The notes under the pieces were generated by a model that did not search any database, was not told where the DNA came from, and saw only the letters and a program-made list of their open reading frames with translations. A stretch of DNA of 64,000 bases, from positions 124,001-188,000 of the forward strand of contig NIVC01001068.1 in NCBI GenBank assembly GCA_002269645.1, given 5' to 3'. Below, piece after piece: positions 31,213 to 45,000 of this stretch. Made by a program: the position numbers and the translations under genes. The first letter of the stretch is position 1, and every line of letters begins with the position of its first letter. The stretch comes from Macrostomum lignano (taxonomy: Eukaryota).

Positions 31213-34200
31213 CTACAGATCAGGCGAAGCGGCGGCGGTACAATCCTCCAGCAGCAGACGCTGTCTTCGATATTCCCACAGCGCCAGAGCGGCCGACACG
31301 TGCACATTCAGCGATCGAACTACGCCGGACATTGGAATCTCCAGACAGGCGTCCAGCTCGCCAATCAAATCCGGCGGAATGCCGCGCTTCTCGTGGCCAA
31401 GCAGCAGGAGGCAGCGCCGGGTAGCGGGGAACTGGAAGCGGTGCATCGGCCGGGAGCGCTCGGTCTGCTCCAGGCCGATCAGGGCGACGCCTTCGGCTCG
31501 CTGACGCCGCAGAAAGTCGAGCAACGGCTGGCCGGGCGGCACTTCGGCGAGGCGGAGCCAGCGGTGGGCGCCAAGTGACAGCTGGTCGAACTCCGGATCG
31601 GCTAGAAGTCGAAGGCTCGGCAGACAGACGTCGGAGATACCGAACGATTCGGCAGAGCGGCAGAGGCCGCCCAGATTGTTGGCTTTGTCGATTAGGGAGG
31701 CCACAATGATGAGGCCGCCGGCGGCGGAAGCTGCGCCGACTGCAGTTGCAGGCTGGCTGAAGAAGTGAAAAAAGAGAGCATTTGCCGATATGTATCGAAT
31801 TGAATATAACTAAAAAGGTAGAGTATGTTGTGTATTGCACAGTGTATCGATTTATCTGGTGACTTGGTTTAACTGAGCACTCTAGCTCAATCCATACAAT
31901 AATGCTAAATTGCTTCATTCATGAGCACTGGCCTTGTGTACGCGTTCTACAATGTACATCGCTCGCCTAGTTAAATATATGTCGGGGCTGGGCCAGTTTG
32001 AGCCTTGAGTGTTCTTGACTAGCCTAACAAACTGACTTTCATCAATAACTTAACAGAGTATAGCATATTAATAACGATTCTTAAAAACGCCTACCGATAT
32101 GTATCGAATTGATTATAGTACTAAACAGCATATCATCAACAATTCTACCTAGTCGCCTACCGATAGGTACTGAACTGAATTGAATATAACTAAACAACAT
32201 AATTAACAATTCGTATAAACGCCTGCCGATATGTATCGAATTGAATATAACTAAAAAAGGAGAACACAACGTATCATTAACGATTCTTAGAATCGCCTGC
32301 CGATATGCATCGAATTAAATATAGCTAAAGCAGAGAGGAGAGAACATTAATAAAAGCACAAAAATCGTGGTAAAGCATGCCGATATGTATCGAAAAAACA
32401 TTAAAAAAGCGCACTTACGAGCACTGTTGAGCCGATTGAGGTTTCCGTTGCAAACTACTTAAAGTAGGTTCGTTAACAGCCGACTCCTGCTGCTGCTCAA
32501 CTACAGACGAGGCGGCGTTTAACACAGCCGATTCCAGAGCTTCGGCCGCTTGCCATCGATTTGGTAGCAACAGCTGACGCTCCAACGGTTCAATCGAGGC
32601 AGCGGAGTTCACTGTCACCACTGGCTGTTGAGCACTGCATCCGGTAGGCGCGGAGGCGATCGACCACTGATCTGGCAGGATCAGCTCCTCGGCCTGAAGG
32701 CCCCACAGCGCGGGAGCCAGTCGGCAGACCGAATCGAGGCTAAGGTGGCCCCTAGGCAGGAAGTCGCTCAGCCACCAGTGCCGTTCAAGCAGGCCGAGCT
32801 TGCGGAATGCGTGCCGAGAACGGCGGAGAAAATCCGACCGCTGCGCTAAGCGACTTTCCACCGCGGCGTCTGGTGGTTTTTTATTAGGGAAATGAGAGTG
32901 GGATAATCTCACCCTCATTGTAGGATAATCTCACCCTCACTGTAGGATAATCTCACCCTCCCTGTAGGATAATCTCTCCCACACTGTAGGATAATCTCCC
33001 ACTCACTGTACGATAATCTCCCCCCTCACTGTAGGATAATCTCTCCCTCACTGTAGGATAATCTCACCCTCCCTGTAGGATTATCTCTCCCTCACTGTAG
33101 GATAATCTCCCACTCACTGTACGATAATCTCCCCCCTCACTGTAGGATAATCTCTCCCTCACTGTAGGATAATCTCACCCTCCCTGTAGGATAATCTCTC
33201 CCACACTGTAGGATAATCTCCCACTCACTGTACGATAATCTCCCCCCTCACTGTAGGATAATCTCTCCCTCACTGTAGGATAATCTCACCCTCCCTGTAG
33301 GATTATCTCTCCCTCACTGTAGGATAATCTCCCACTCACTGTACGATAATCTCCCCCCTCACTGTAGGATAATCTCTCCCTCACTGTAGGATAATCTCAC
33401 CCTCCCTGTAGGATAATCTCTCCCTCACTGTAGGATAATCTCCCCTCCCTGTAGGATAATCTCTCCCTCACTGTAGGATAATCTCACCCTCACTGTAGGA
33501 TAATCTCGCACTCACCGTACGATAATCTCCCCCTCACTGTAGGATAATCTCTCCCTCACTTGTAGGATAATCTCCCCTCCCTGTAGGATAATCTCTCCCT
33601 CACTGTAGGATAATCTCTCCCTCACTGTAGGATAATCTCCCCTCACTGTAGGATAATCTCTCCCTCACTGTAGGATAATCTCCCCCTCACTGTATGATAA
33701 TCTCCTCTCACTGTAGGATAATCTTCCATCACTGTAGGATAATCTCCAACTCACCGTACAATAATCTCTCCCTCACTGTAGGATAATCTCCCCTCACTGT
33801 AGGATAATCACCCACTCACTGTAGGATAATCTTCCATCACTGTAGGATAATCTCCCACTCACTGTAGGATAATCTTCCATCACTGTAGGATAATCTTCCA
33901 TCACTGTAGGAAAATCTCCCCCTCACTGTAGGATATTCTTAACCTCATTTCAGGATAATCTCACCCTCACTGTAGTAATCTATTACTACGCTGGTAGAAT
34001 ACAGTGACCAATAAAATATGATCATCTGTTTAGGATGATAAAGAACACAATCTCATCAAAGAAGATTTTTTCGCAAAATCAACAACCGACTCACCTTTCA
34101 ATCGGGCAGCACTCGCGGCCATGGAGCCCAACCGCAGTTCGGCAATTTGAGCATGCAATCGAATCTGCAACTGCTGAGCCAGGCACCAGTCTGCTGCCAG

Positions 34201-37200
34201 AGTCAGCACCCGGGTCACGTGATCGCTCAGTCGGCTGTCCGAATCTGCCAGCAGCTGATTGGCCACGAGAATCGATACGGATAACAGGCACGTGACGAAT
34301 GCTGGCCGGCTGTCCGTGGAGAATTTCGACTGCGGATTGGAGATGGGGGAATTGTTCACTGTGTAGCTGATGGGGAATTGTTCACTGTGTAGCTGATGGG
34401 GAATTGTTCACTGTGTAGCTGATGGGGAATTGTTCACTGTGTAGCTGATGGGGAATTGTTCACTGTGTAGCTGATGGGGAATTGTTCATTGTGTAGCTGA
34501 TGGGGAATTGTTCACTGTGTAGCTGATGGGGAATTGTTCACTGTGTAGCTGATGGGGAATTGTTGACTGTGTAGCTGATGGGGAATTGTTCACTGTGTAG
34601 CTGATGGGGAATTGTTCACTGTGTAGCTGATGGGGAATTGTTCACTGTGTAGCTGATGGGGAATTGTTCACTGTGTAGCTGATGGGGAATTGTTCACTGT
34701 GTAGCTGATGGGGAATTGTTGACTGTGTAGCTGATGGGGAATTGTTCACTGTGTAGCTGATGGGGAATTGTTCACTGTGTAGCTGATGGGGAATTGTTCA
34801 TTGTGTAGCTGATGGGGAATTGTTCACTGTGTAGCTGATGGGGAATTGTTCACTGTGTAGCTGATGGGGAATTGTTGACTGTGTAGCTGATGGGGAATTG
34901 TTCACTGTGTAGCTGATGGGGAATTGTTCACTGTGTAGCTGATGGGGAATTGTTCATTGTGTAGCTGATGGGGAATTGTTCACTGTGTAGCTGATGGGGA
35001 ATTGTTCACTGTGTAGCTGATGGGGAATTGTTCACTGTGTAGCTGATGGGGAATTGTTCACTGTGTAGCTGATGGGGAATTGTTCACTGTGTAGCTGATG
35101 GGGAATTGTTCACTGTGTAGCTGATGGGGGAATTGTTCACTGTGTAGCTGATGGGGGAGTTGTTGACTGTGTAGCTGATGGGGGAGTTGTTGACTGTGTA
35201 GCTGATGGGGAATTGTTCACTGTGTAGCTGATGGGGAATTGTTCACTGTGTAGCTGATGGGGAATTGTTCACTGTGTAGCTGATGGGGAATTGTTCACTG
35301 TGTAGCTGATGGGGAATTGTTCACTGTGTAGCTGATGGGGAATTGTTCACTGTGTAGCTGATGGGGAATTGTTCACTGTGTAGCTGATGGGGAATTGTTC
35401 ACTGTGTAGCTGATGGGGAATTGTTCACTGTGTAGCTGATGGGGAATTGTTCACTGTGTAGCTGATGGGGAATTGTTCACTGTGTAGCTGATGGGGAATT
35501 GTTCACTGTGTAGCTGATGGGGAATTGTTCATTGTGTAGCTGATGGGGAATTGTTCACTGTTTAGCTGATGGGGAATTGTTGACTGTGTAGCTGATGGGG
35601 GAATTGTTCACTATGTAGCTGATGGGGAATTGTTCATTGTGTAGCTGATGGGGAATTGTTCACTGTGTAGCTGATGGGGAATTGTTCACTGTGTAGCTGA
35701 TGGGGAATTGTTCACTGTGTAGCTGATGGGGAATTGTTGACTGTGTAGCTGATGGGGAATTGTTCACTGTGTAGCTGATGGGGAATTGTTCACTGTGTAG
35801 CTGATGGGGAATTGTTCATTGTGTAGCTGATGGGGAATTGTTGACTGTGTAGCTGATGGGGAATTGTTCACTGTGTAGCTGATGGGGAATTGTTCACTGT
35901 GTAGCTGATGGGGAATTGTTCATTGTGTAGCTGATGGGGAATTGTTGACTGTGTAGCTGATGGGGAATTGTTGACTGTGTAGCTGATGGGGAATTGTTCA
36001 CTGTGTAGCTGATGGGGAATTGTTCACTGTGTAGCTGATGGGGAATTGTTCATTGTGTAGCTGATGGGGAATTGTTGACTGTGTAGCTGATGGGGAATTG
36101 TTGACTGTGTAGCTGATGGGGAATTGTTCACTGTGTAGCTGATGGGGAATTGTTCATTGTGTAGCTGATGGGGAATTGTTGACTGTGTAGCTGATGGGGA
36201 ATTGTTGACTGTGTAGCTGATGGGGAATTGTTCATTGTGTAGCTGATGGGGAATTGTTGACTGTGTAGCTGATGGGGAATTGTTGACTGTGTAGCTGATG
36301 GGGGAATTGTTCACTGTGTAGCTGATGGGGAATTGATCACTGTGTGGCTGATGAGGTATTCAATATCTGGCTGATATGGGAATTCAATATCTAGCTGATA
36401 TGGGAATTCAATATCTAGCTGATAGGGGAATTCAATCCCTAGCTGATAGGGGAATTCAATCCCTAGCTGATAGGGGAATTCAATATTTAGCTGATGGGGG
36501 AATTCAATATCTAGCTGATAGGGGAATTCAATATCTAGCTGATAGGGGAATTCAATCCCTAGCTGATAGGGGGATTCAATCCCTAGCTGATAGGGGAATT
36601 CAATCCCTAGCTGATAGGAGAATTCAATATTTAGCTGATGGGGGAATTCAATATCTAGCTGATAGGGGAATTCAATATCTAGCTGATAGGGGAATTCAAT
36701 CCCTAGCTGATAGGGGGATTCAATCCCTAGCTTATAGGGGAATTCAAGAATCAGTTTTCAGCGTTTTAAATCTAAAAACTGATATTAGTACAAAAAACGC
36801 GCATTTACTACTATAAATAAGTAGTAGATTACTAGAAAATGATCTAATAAGAGTGAATTACTGCACTAAGTGAGCCGTCTCAGCACTGTTTGAACTTGAG
36901 AGAGAGAGAGAGAGACAGAGAGAGAAAAAGTTTTCTATCTAACTAGTTAAACAAACTCGATTTTTATCGTACAGGAGCATATGTTAATGCCTAAACAAAT
37001 TAATTTTCATAAATCTATCCATATTTCTTAGAATACGGAAGTAAAGTCTGCAGTCTCTGCATTCATGGATCAGCCGTTGCTGAACGAAAGATTCAAGCAA
37101 TGCAAACACTAACTACTCTTTTTAATAAAGTACATTTGATTGATTGATTGAAACTGTTGATATCAGAATCTGCTTATTATCAGGCGCGGCGCCCGGGTTA

Positions 37201-38417
37201 AAGCATTAACGTCACATCCAACATCAATTACTAATTATAGGATTAAGAAGAACTCACTAATCTATTTAACCGAGTCTATGAGCTGAGAAAACATGAAAAC
37301 ACCTTGGACACGCCTTGCATAAATTTGTAGGATAGAAATCAGAACAGAAGTGGCTCAAATGCATTCTCGAATATTCACCATCTGCTCCCTCTCTTTGCTT
37401 TGCCGCTTTTTATTCCTTCCAATCTCTCCAGTCCCTCCATCCCTGTCTCTCCATTCATTTCTACCTTCTGTTAAATTTCTCCTTCAGCTCTCCCTTTCCC
37501 TTCATCACTACTTCTCTCTTCACACCCCCTGTTCATTTCTCCATCTTATTTCCCCTCTCCTTCTTCCTTTAGTTCTTGCTCTCGCTCTCTTCATCCTTCC
37601 CTTTTACCTCTCCTACCTTCATTTCTCCCTCTCCCTCTTTCCTTTCATTTCCCCCCCCTCCCTTCATTTCTCCCTCTCCATCTTTCCTTTCATTTCTCCC
37701 CCCTCCCTTCATTTCTCCCTCTCCCTCTTTCCTTTCATTTCTCCCTGTCTCCCTTCATTTCTCCCTCTCTTACCATCTCCCTGTCTCCCTTCAATTCTCC
37801 CTTTCTCCCTTCATTTCTCCCTTTCTTCCTACATTTCTCCCTGTCTCCCTTCATTTCTCCCTGTCTCCCTTCATTTCTCCCTCTCTCCCTTCATTTCCCC
37901 ACTCTCTTTATTTCTTCCTCTCCCTTCATCTTCCTTCTTTACCATCATTACTCTCTTCCTTTTTCACGCCCCTCCATTTATCTCTTTTTTCTGCATTTCT
38001 CCTGAAATTAAGTTCAAGCTGAAACCATGAATCTCTTACCATATACGAGTATTTTTTCTGGCAGCTCCCCAGAGAACTCACTGACTCCAGAAGATCATAG
38101 AGCATATTGATCGCCCGGGTAGTGCTGTCCAGGCACAGTAGGCTGATAATCCATTCGGTCTGACTGCGAACGGAAGCGATCAATTCCGTGCTCAGGCAGT
38201 GCACCATCCAGTCCAGGACCAGGTCGGCGTGCTGCCCGTGTGGAGGTACAAACTCATGGGATTATAGGGATACTGTTTTCCTTGGGGAGACAGCAACAGG
38301 AAAGCAGGCGCGACAGATGGCAGGCTATGTGACAGACAGACGGACAGACAGACAGACAGGCAGGCAGACAGACAGACAGACAGACAGACAGACACACAGA
38401 CAGACAGACAGACACAC

Positions 38418-38460
<43 letters not shown>

Positions 38461-38573
38461 CACACAGACAGACACACAGACAGACAGATAGCCAGACAGA
38501 CAGATAGACACACAGACAGACAGATAGCCAGACAGACAGATAGACACACAGACAGACAGACAGACAGACAGAA

Positions 38574-38640
<67 letters not shown>

Positions 38641-38669
38641 AAGACAGACAGACAGACAGACAGACAGAA

Positions 38670-38709
<40 letters not shown>

Positions 38710-38716
38710 GACAGAA

Positions 38717-38761
<45 letters not shown>

Positions 38762-38822
38762 CACAGAGAGACAGAAAGACAGACACACAGAGAGACAGAA
38801 AGACAGACAGACAGACAAAAAG

Positions 38823-38860
<38 letters not shown>

Positions 38861-38867
38861 GACAGAA

Positions 38868-38912
<45 letters not shown>

Positions 38913-38973
38913 CACAGAGAGACAGAAAGACAGACACACAGAGAGACAGAAAGACAGACAGACAGACAAAAAG

Positions 38974-39024
<51 letters not shown>

Positions 39025-39025
39025 C

Positions 39026-39060
<35 letters not shown>

Positions 39061-42000
39061 CCAAACCGCACCATAGGCAGGTGAGGCGCCAGGCAGAGCA
39101 GAGCGCAGAAGATCCGGTGCTTCTGCCTGTGCGCAGCGGAGTTGGTGAAGTTCTTGTACACCTTGGCCTGGCACAGCCCATCATAGTGCTGGCGCAGGCG
39201 CAGCAGCAGGGAGCGGACGAATCGGCTGTGCCGCTCGCAGACGCACTGGGGCAGGCGGCAGAGAAACTCCAGACTGGGAACGCGGTCGCTGCTCTCTCGA
39301 CTGCGGGGACGGACCATTGTGGGATATGCAGCAATAGTAGTATATTGGGGTTTTAATAAGAGGCTGGAGAGTAAAAAGGATGATGGTAAGGAGGTAGCGT
39401 GGAAGCTGGGAGGTGTGAAGATAAGAGAGAGTGAAAGAGAGGGCATAGAAAGAGGGTAAAGAGAGGGCAGCGGAAGAGGGTAAAGAGAGGGCAGGGGAAG
39501 AGGGTAAAGAGAGGGTAGGGGAAGAGGGTAAAGAGAGGGCAGGGGAAGAGGGTAAAGAGAGGGCATGGGAAGAGGGTAAAGAGAGGGCATGGGAAGAGGG
39601 TAAAGAGAGGGCAGGGGAAGAGGGTAAAGAGAGGGCAGGGGAAGAGGGTAAAGAGAGGGTAGGGGAAGAGGGTAAAGAGAGGGCAGGGGAAGAGGGTAAA
39701 GAGAGGGCATGGGAAGAGGGTAAAGAGAGGGCATGGGAAGAGGGTAAAGAGAGGGCAGGGGAAGAGGGTAAGTTGGAGGAGAACTCTTAACAGCCGTGTA
39801 AAGTAAACAAAAGTATTTGTAAGCAAATGTACAAATGTACAAATGTAATTGTAAACAAATCAAAGCACGCTTACGTGGCGGCCTCCAAGTTAAAAGGCCA
39901 GCCTTTATCGTAGGCTGTCTCCAAGTACACGTGCACTCTACCGGCGTAGCGCTGGAATCGACGGTGCACGGGACCGAAGATGAGGCCCGCCAGCAGCAGT
40001 CTGAGCAGGACCTCCTCGTCCCAGGAGCCTCGACAGTCGGCTACTGCGACGGAAGCTGTGGTCAGGAGCTCCCGAGTGAGAGCTTCGGCCAGGCCTACGC
40101 GGTTCTCGCTGCTGGCCAGCACGGAGTCTATGGCCTGAGTAGGGTGCATTGGCATGGAGCAATACAGAGTGAAAAGCCAATAATGCTTCAGAGGTGCTGC
40201 CCCTCCCTGATGCTTCAGAGGTGCTGCCCCCTCCCTGATGCTTCAGTGGATGCTGCTACCCCTCCCTGATGCTTCAGTGGTGCTGCTGCCCCTCCCTGAT
40301 GCTTCAGTGGTGCTGCTGCCCCTCCCTGATGCTTCAGAGGTGCTGCCCCCTCCCTGATGCTTCAGAGGTGATGCCCCTCCCTGATGCTTCAGTGGATGCT
40401 GCTACCCCTCCCTGATGCTTCAGTGGTGCTGCTGCCCCTCCCAGATGCTTCAGTGGATGCTGCTACCCCTCACTGATGCTTCAGAGGTGCTGCCCCTCCC
40501 TGATGCTTCAGAGGTGCTGCCCCTCCCTGATGCTTCAGAGGTGCTGCCCCTCCCTGATGCTTCAGAGGTGCTGCTGCCCCCTCCCTGATGCTTCAGTGGA
40601 TGCTGCTACCCCTCCCTGATGCTTCAGTGGTGCTGCTGCCCCTCCCAGATGCTTCAGTGGATGCTGCTACCCCTCACTGATGCTTCAGAGGTGCTGCCCC
40701 TCCCTGATGCTTCAGAGGTGCTGCCCCCTCCCTGATGCTTCAGAGGTGCTGCCCCTCCCTGATGCTTCAGTGGTGCTACCCCCTCCCTGATGCTTCAGTG
40801 GATGCTGCTACTCCCTCCCTGATGCTTCAGTGGATGCTGCTGCCCCCTCCCTGATGCTTCAGCGGTGACCCCTGCCCCTAGTAGATTCTCATTTCCACAG
40901 CGCCCCAACAGAACATCGTAAGCAAAAAGAAACGATCTCTTAACAAAAAACGACACAGTAAAACAAACCTCCAGCAATATCTGTCGCCCAGCCGCAGGCG
41001 CCGCCGCAGGCAGGCCCAGACAAATCGGCTCAGTAGCCAACAGTCTCAGATAGGCGGCCACAGGGGGCCAGCAGTGCTGCACAGCTAAATACTCGGATTC
41101 CAGCACTCGCCAACCTTGTCGAAGCAAATCTCCAGTGCATTCGATCAACTCGTCAACAGACTGATTCGAGTCGCGATTTTTAGTTTCCGAACTAAATATG
41201 CCGACAGCAATTTCGAATAGTAGTTTCAAGGATTCCGGACGACTGACGAGATGCAAAGATTCTGTTATGGCTGGCACAGACTCCAGAATAGATGGAGCAT
41301 TGAGCAGGCCGTTAGCTGACGATTCACTGCGGCATAAGCAGGTGTGCAACAGGCGTAGGCGCTCCACACATTCGGATTCGATACTGCCGCTATCGCCACG
41401 CCTGGCATTGTTGCTGTTGGCGGGATGAATGCCATAGACTATAGGCGATTGCTTAGGGTGGAGGCGATTCCTAAGGGTGGTGACTGGTGGGGGCGATTCC
41501 TAAGTGTGTGGGGTGGAGGCGATTCCTAAATGTGGGGTGGAGGCGATTCCTAAATGTGTGGGGTGGAGGCGATTCCTAAATGTGGGGTGGAGGCGATTCC
41601 TAAATGTGGGGTGGAGGCGATTCCTAAATGTGTGGGGTGGAGGCGATTCCTAAATGTGGGGTGGAGGCGATTCCTAAATGTGGGGTGGAGGCGAGTCCTA
41701 AATGTAGGGTGGAGGCGATTCCTAAATGTGGGGTGGGGGCGATTTCTAAGTGTGTGGGGTGGAGGCGATTCCTAAATGTGGGGTGGAGGCGATTCCTAAA
41801 TGTGTGGGGTGGAGGCGATTCCTAAATGTGGGGTGGAGGCGATTCCTAAATGTGGGGTGGAGGCGATTCCTAAATGTGGGGTGGAGGCGATTCCTAAATG
41901 TGGGGTGGAGGCGATTCCTAAGGAATCGGGTAGGGTTGCTCGCTTAACAACAATTAAGTAGAGAGAACTCAAAATCAACATTTTAGTTTTTCCAATGCAT

Positions 42001-45000
42001 TTCGACCACAATCTCGTCAACTGCAAACTCAAATGCAAGGCTTCAAGACTTTCCTGAGAGCCCGCCTCGGACTAATCTCGTATGCAGCTCTCTGGCAACT
42101 GGTCTCTAAGAAAGCCAGAGAGAAGCTGCGTGCGGATGAACTGAGACTAGACAAGAAACTCAAGGGCCTATGGACCGAGCAAAAATCATCCCAAGAAATA
42201 AAGGCCGTCACCAATCTATCTAAGCATGAGCTTTCGGTTCCCGAACTGAACTGCTTGCAACACTGCTTGCAACATAGCGAAATCCTATACTTCCAAGAAG
42301 AATTAACAAATTTCAAATCGCGGCCGAGCTTGAATCTGGGATTAGTAAGTGCCTTCGAGCTAAAATTTCTTTGAGTGGAGAGTTGCCAGATAGTTTTAGG
42401 ATTTGTCTCATTGCCGAATTTGATAAGTTCATCTGCCGGGCTCGTGGGTATGTTGGTGCTAGACGTAATAGACTGGTCCATCAGACTCTGGAAGAGCTTA
42501 AGAAAAATTGTGCAGAACAAACTCAAATTTCATTGCCTTGGTGAGGCCAATGAGGTCACTATGATGCACCCCGTGCTTAAAAATAAGAGATCTTTACAAA
42601 CTTTTCTTAGAACCTATGTGAAGTCGCACATGTGCCCTGATACTTTTCAACGGATTACTCCTTGTGGGAGCCAACCTGGCTAGCTGTATGGGCTGTGCAA
42701 AGTTCACAAAAGTGGCTACCCCCTCAGACCTATTGTGTCCATTTTCGACAATGAGGCAAAAAAGGAAGAGTTCTTTAATACCATCAATGCTACCCATAAG
42801 AACATCAGGTTTACTTCTAAGGGTGGTGCTAAAAGACTTCCCTTTCTGGACATTGACGTTGATACGAGTAAAGGTTTGATTCAAACTAGCGTGTTTAGAA
42901 AAGCTAGCTTCACTGGTCTCATGCTTAGGTTCGATGCCCTCTGCCCTAGGCAATGGAAAGACGGTTTGGTATGGTGTTTTCTGCAAAGAGCTTTTTTGAT
43001 TTGCAGTTCCTGGAAGCTTTTTCATGAGGAGCTGGAACAGCTTACTCGGCTGTTCATGTTGAATGGGTACCCTCGTGACCATATTTCCGGCATCATTAAT
43101 AGGTTTCTCTGCAAGAAGTTTTCTGGTCAAAATCATACTCAGAAGAATGATCTCAATTGATGATCGTAGTCCCGTCATTGTGGTTCCTTATTTAGGCCTC
43201 TGCTCCATGGAGTTTGGGAAGAAAGTGGAAAAATTATTTAGAAGTCACATTGATTCCCAGCTCCAGGTTTTGTTCCGTACGGAAAAGATTGCTCAGTTTG
43301 TCTGCAGGTTGAAGTCCCGTGTTCCTGGACCACTTGTTGCAGGTGTCGTCTATAAATTTCATTGTTCTGTGGATCAGAACATCACCTACATTGGTAAAGC
43401 GACAATTGTACACAAGGGTTAAGGAGCATTGGATTAGAAATTCTGCCATCAATGAGCACCTTCTCACGTGCAACTCGATCCTGCTGCAATATGAACTGTT
43501 TTGATATGTTTAAAGCTATCGATTCCTGTAGCAAAGAAAACAAATTGAACATTCTTGAGGCGATGTACATCAAGGTTCAGAAACCAAATTTGAACAGCCA
43601 GTTAGCCATGGGGGGTGCAAGCCGCCAACTCAATGTGTTTTAGCTACGTTGGCAGTCTTGTTGAACTTTATTCAGGTTTTCTTTCTCTTGTTAACCAGAC
43701 TAGACTGAAATTGATTTGTACATGGCATTGTACAGTCTTCATTTCTTAAATAAAATATATAACTTGGTTCTGTGTGATTAATTGACGCGTCTGCCCTGAA
43801 GACGACCGATTGTGGTCGAAATGCATTGGCAAAACTAAAATGTTGATTTTGCGATTCCTAAGGGGGGGGGGGCGATTCCTAAGGGTGGAGGCGATTCCTA
43901 AAGGGGGGTTCCTAAAGGTAAGGGCGATTCCTATACGTGGGGGCGATTTCAAAAGGTGAGGGAGGGGGCGATTTCAAAAGGTGAGGGAGGGGCGATTTCA
44001 AAAGGTGAGGGAGGGGGCGATTTCAAAAGGTGAGGGAGGGGGCGATTTCAAAAGGTGAGGGAGGGGGCGATTTCAAAAGGTGAGGGAGGGGGCGATTTCA
44101 AAAGGTGAGGGAGGGGGCGATTTCAAAAGGTGAGGGAGGGGCGATTTCTAAAGGTGAGGGAGGGGCGATTTCAAAAGGTGAGGGAGGGGGCGATTTCAAA
44201 AGGTGAGGGAGGGGGCGATTTCAAAAGGTGAGGGAGGGGGCGATTTCAAAAGGTGAGGGAGGGGGCGATTTCAAAAGGTGAGGGAGGGGGCGATTTCAAA
44301 AGGTGAGGGAGGGGGCGATTTCTAAAGGTGAAGGGGGAAGGGGCGATTCCTAAAGCTGGGGTGGGGCGATTCCTAAAGGTTGATGGGGGCGATTCCTAAG
44401 GGTAGGGGCGATTTCTAAAGGTGGGGACAATTCCTAAGGGTGGAGGCGATTCCTAAAGGAGGGCGATTCCAAAAAGTGGGGGCGATTCTTAAGGGGGGTA
44501 GGCGATTCCTAAAAGGGGGTTGGCGATTACTAAAGGTGGGGGCGATTTCTAAGGTAAGAGCAGCTTTTCAGGGCGATATTCTCGAGGTCACTTCTAATTA
44601 TACTAATTACTTTCTATTAGGCGTCGTATCCGACAGCTATACTGTCCGTCAAAAGTTCCGGAACCCTTGCTACGATGTCTTCTAGCGGACATAATTTCAG
44701 TCCGTTTCAATTGTAACTTGATTCAAATGAAAGCTGCGGATCTCAGCTCCATGATGTGGTCAAGAAAAAGTTTATTCGAAGGAGCGCGTGTGAACAGGCC
44801 AGTGTTATGTACATAAAGGTTAGAGAAAAAAAGTGAGGAAAAGACAAACAAGCAATTGTCTATGGTTGCTGAGTCTATGGAGCAAAAACACATGGGAAGG
44901 AATCGGTTTGCGCGCAGTGTTCAGCCTGGCTAACATTAGTCTATGGCCAAAACTTGTGTTGAAATCAACAGGCTCTTATGGATTCTTGTGCAGTCAGCTT

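Noticed and set aside
38188-39863. Long ORFs across GACA and 24-bp repeats
   Set aside because: Only 39300-39072 is a real TARBP1 exon; the rest is repeat read-through.
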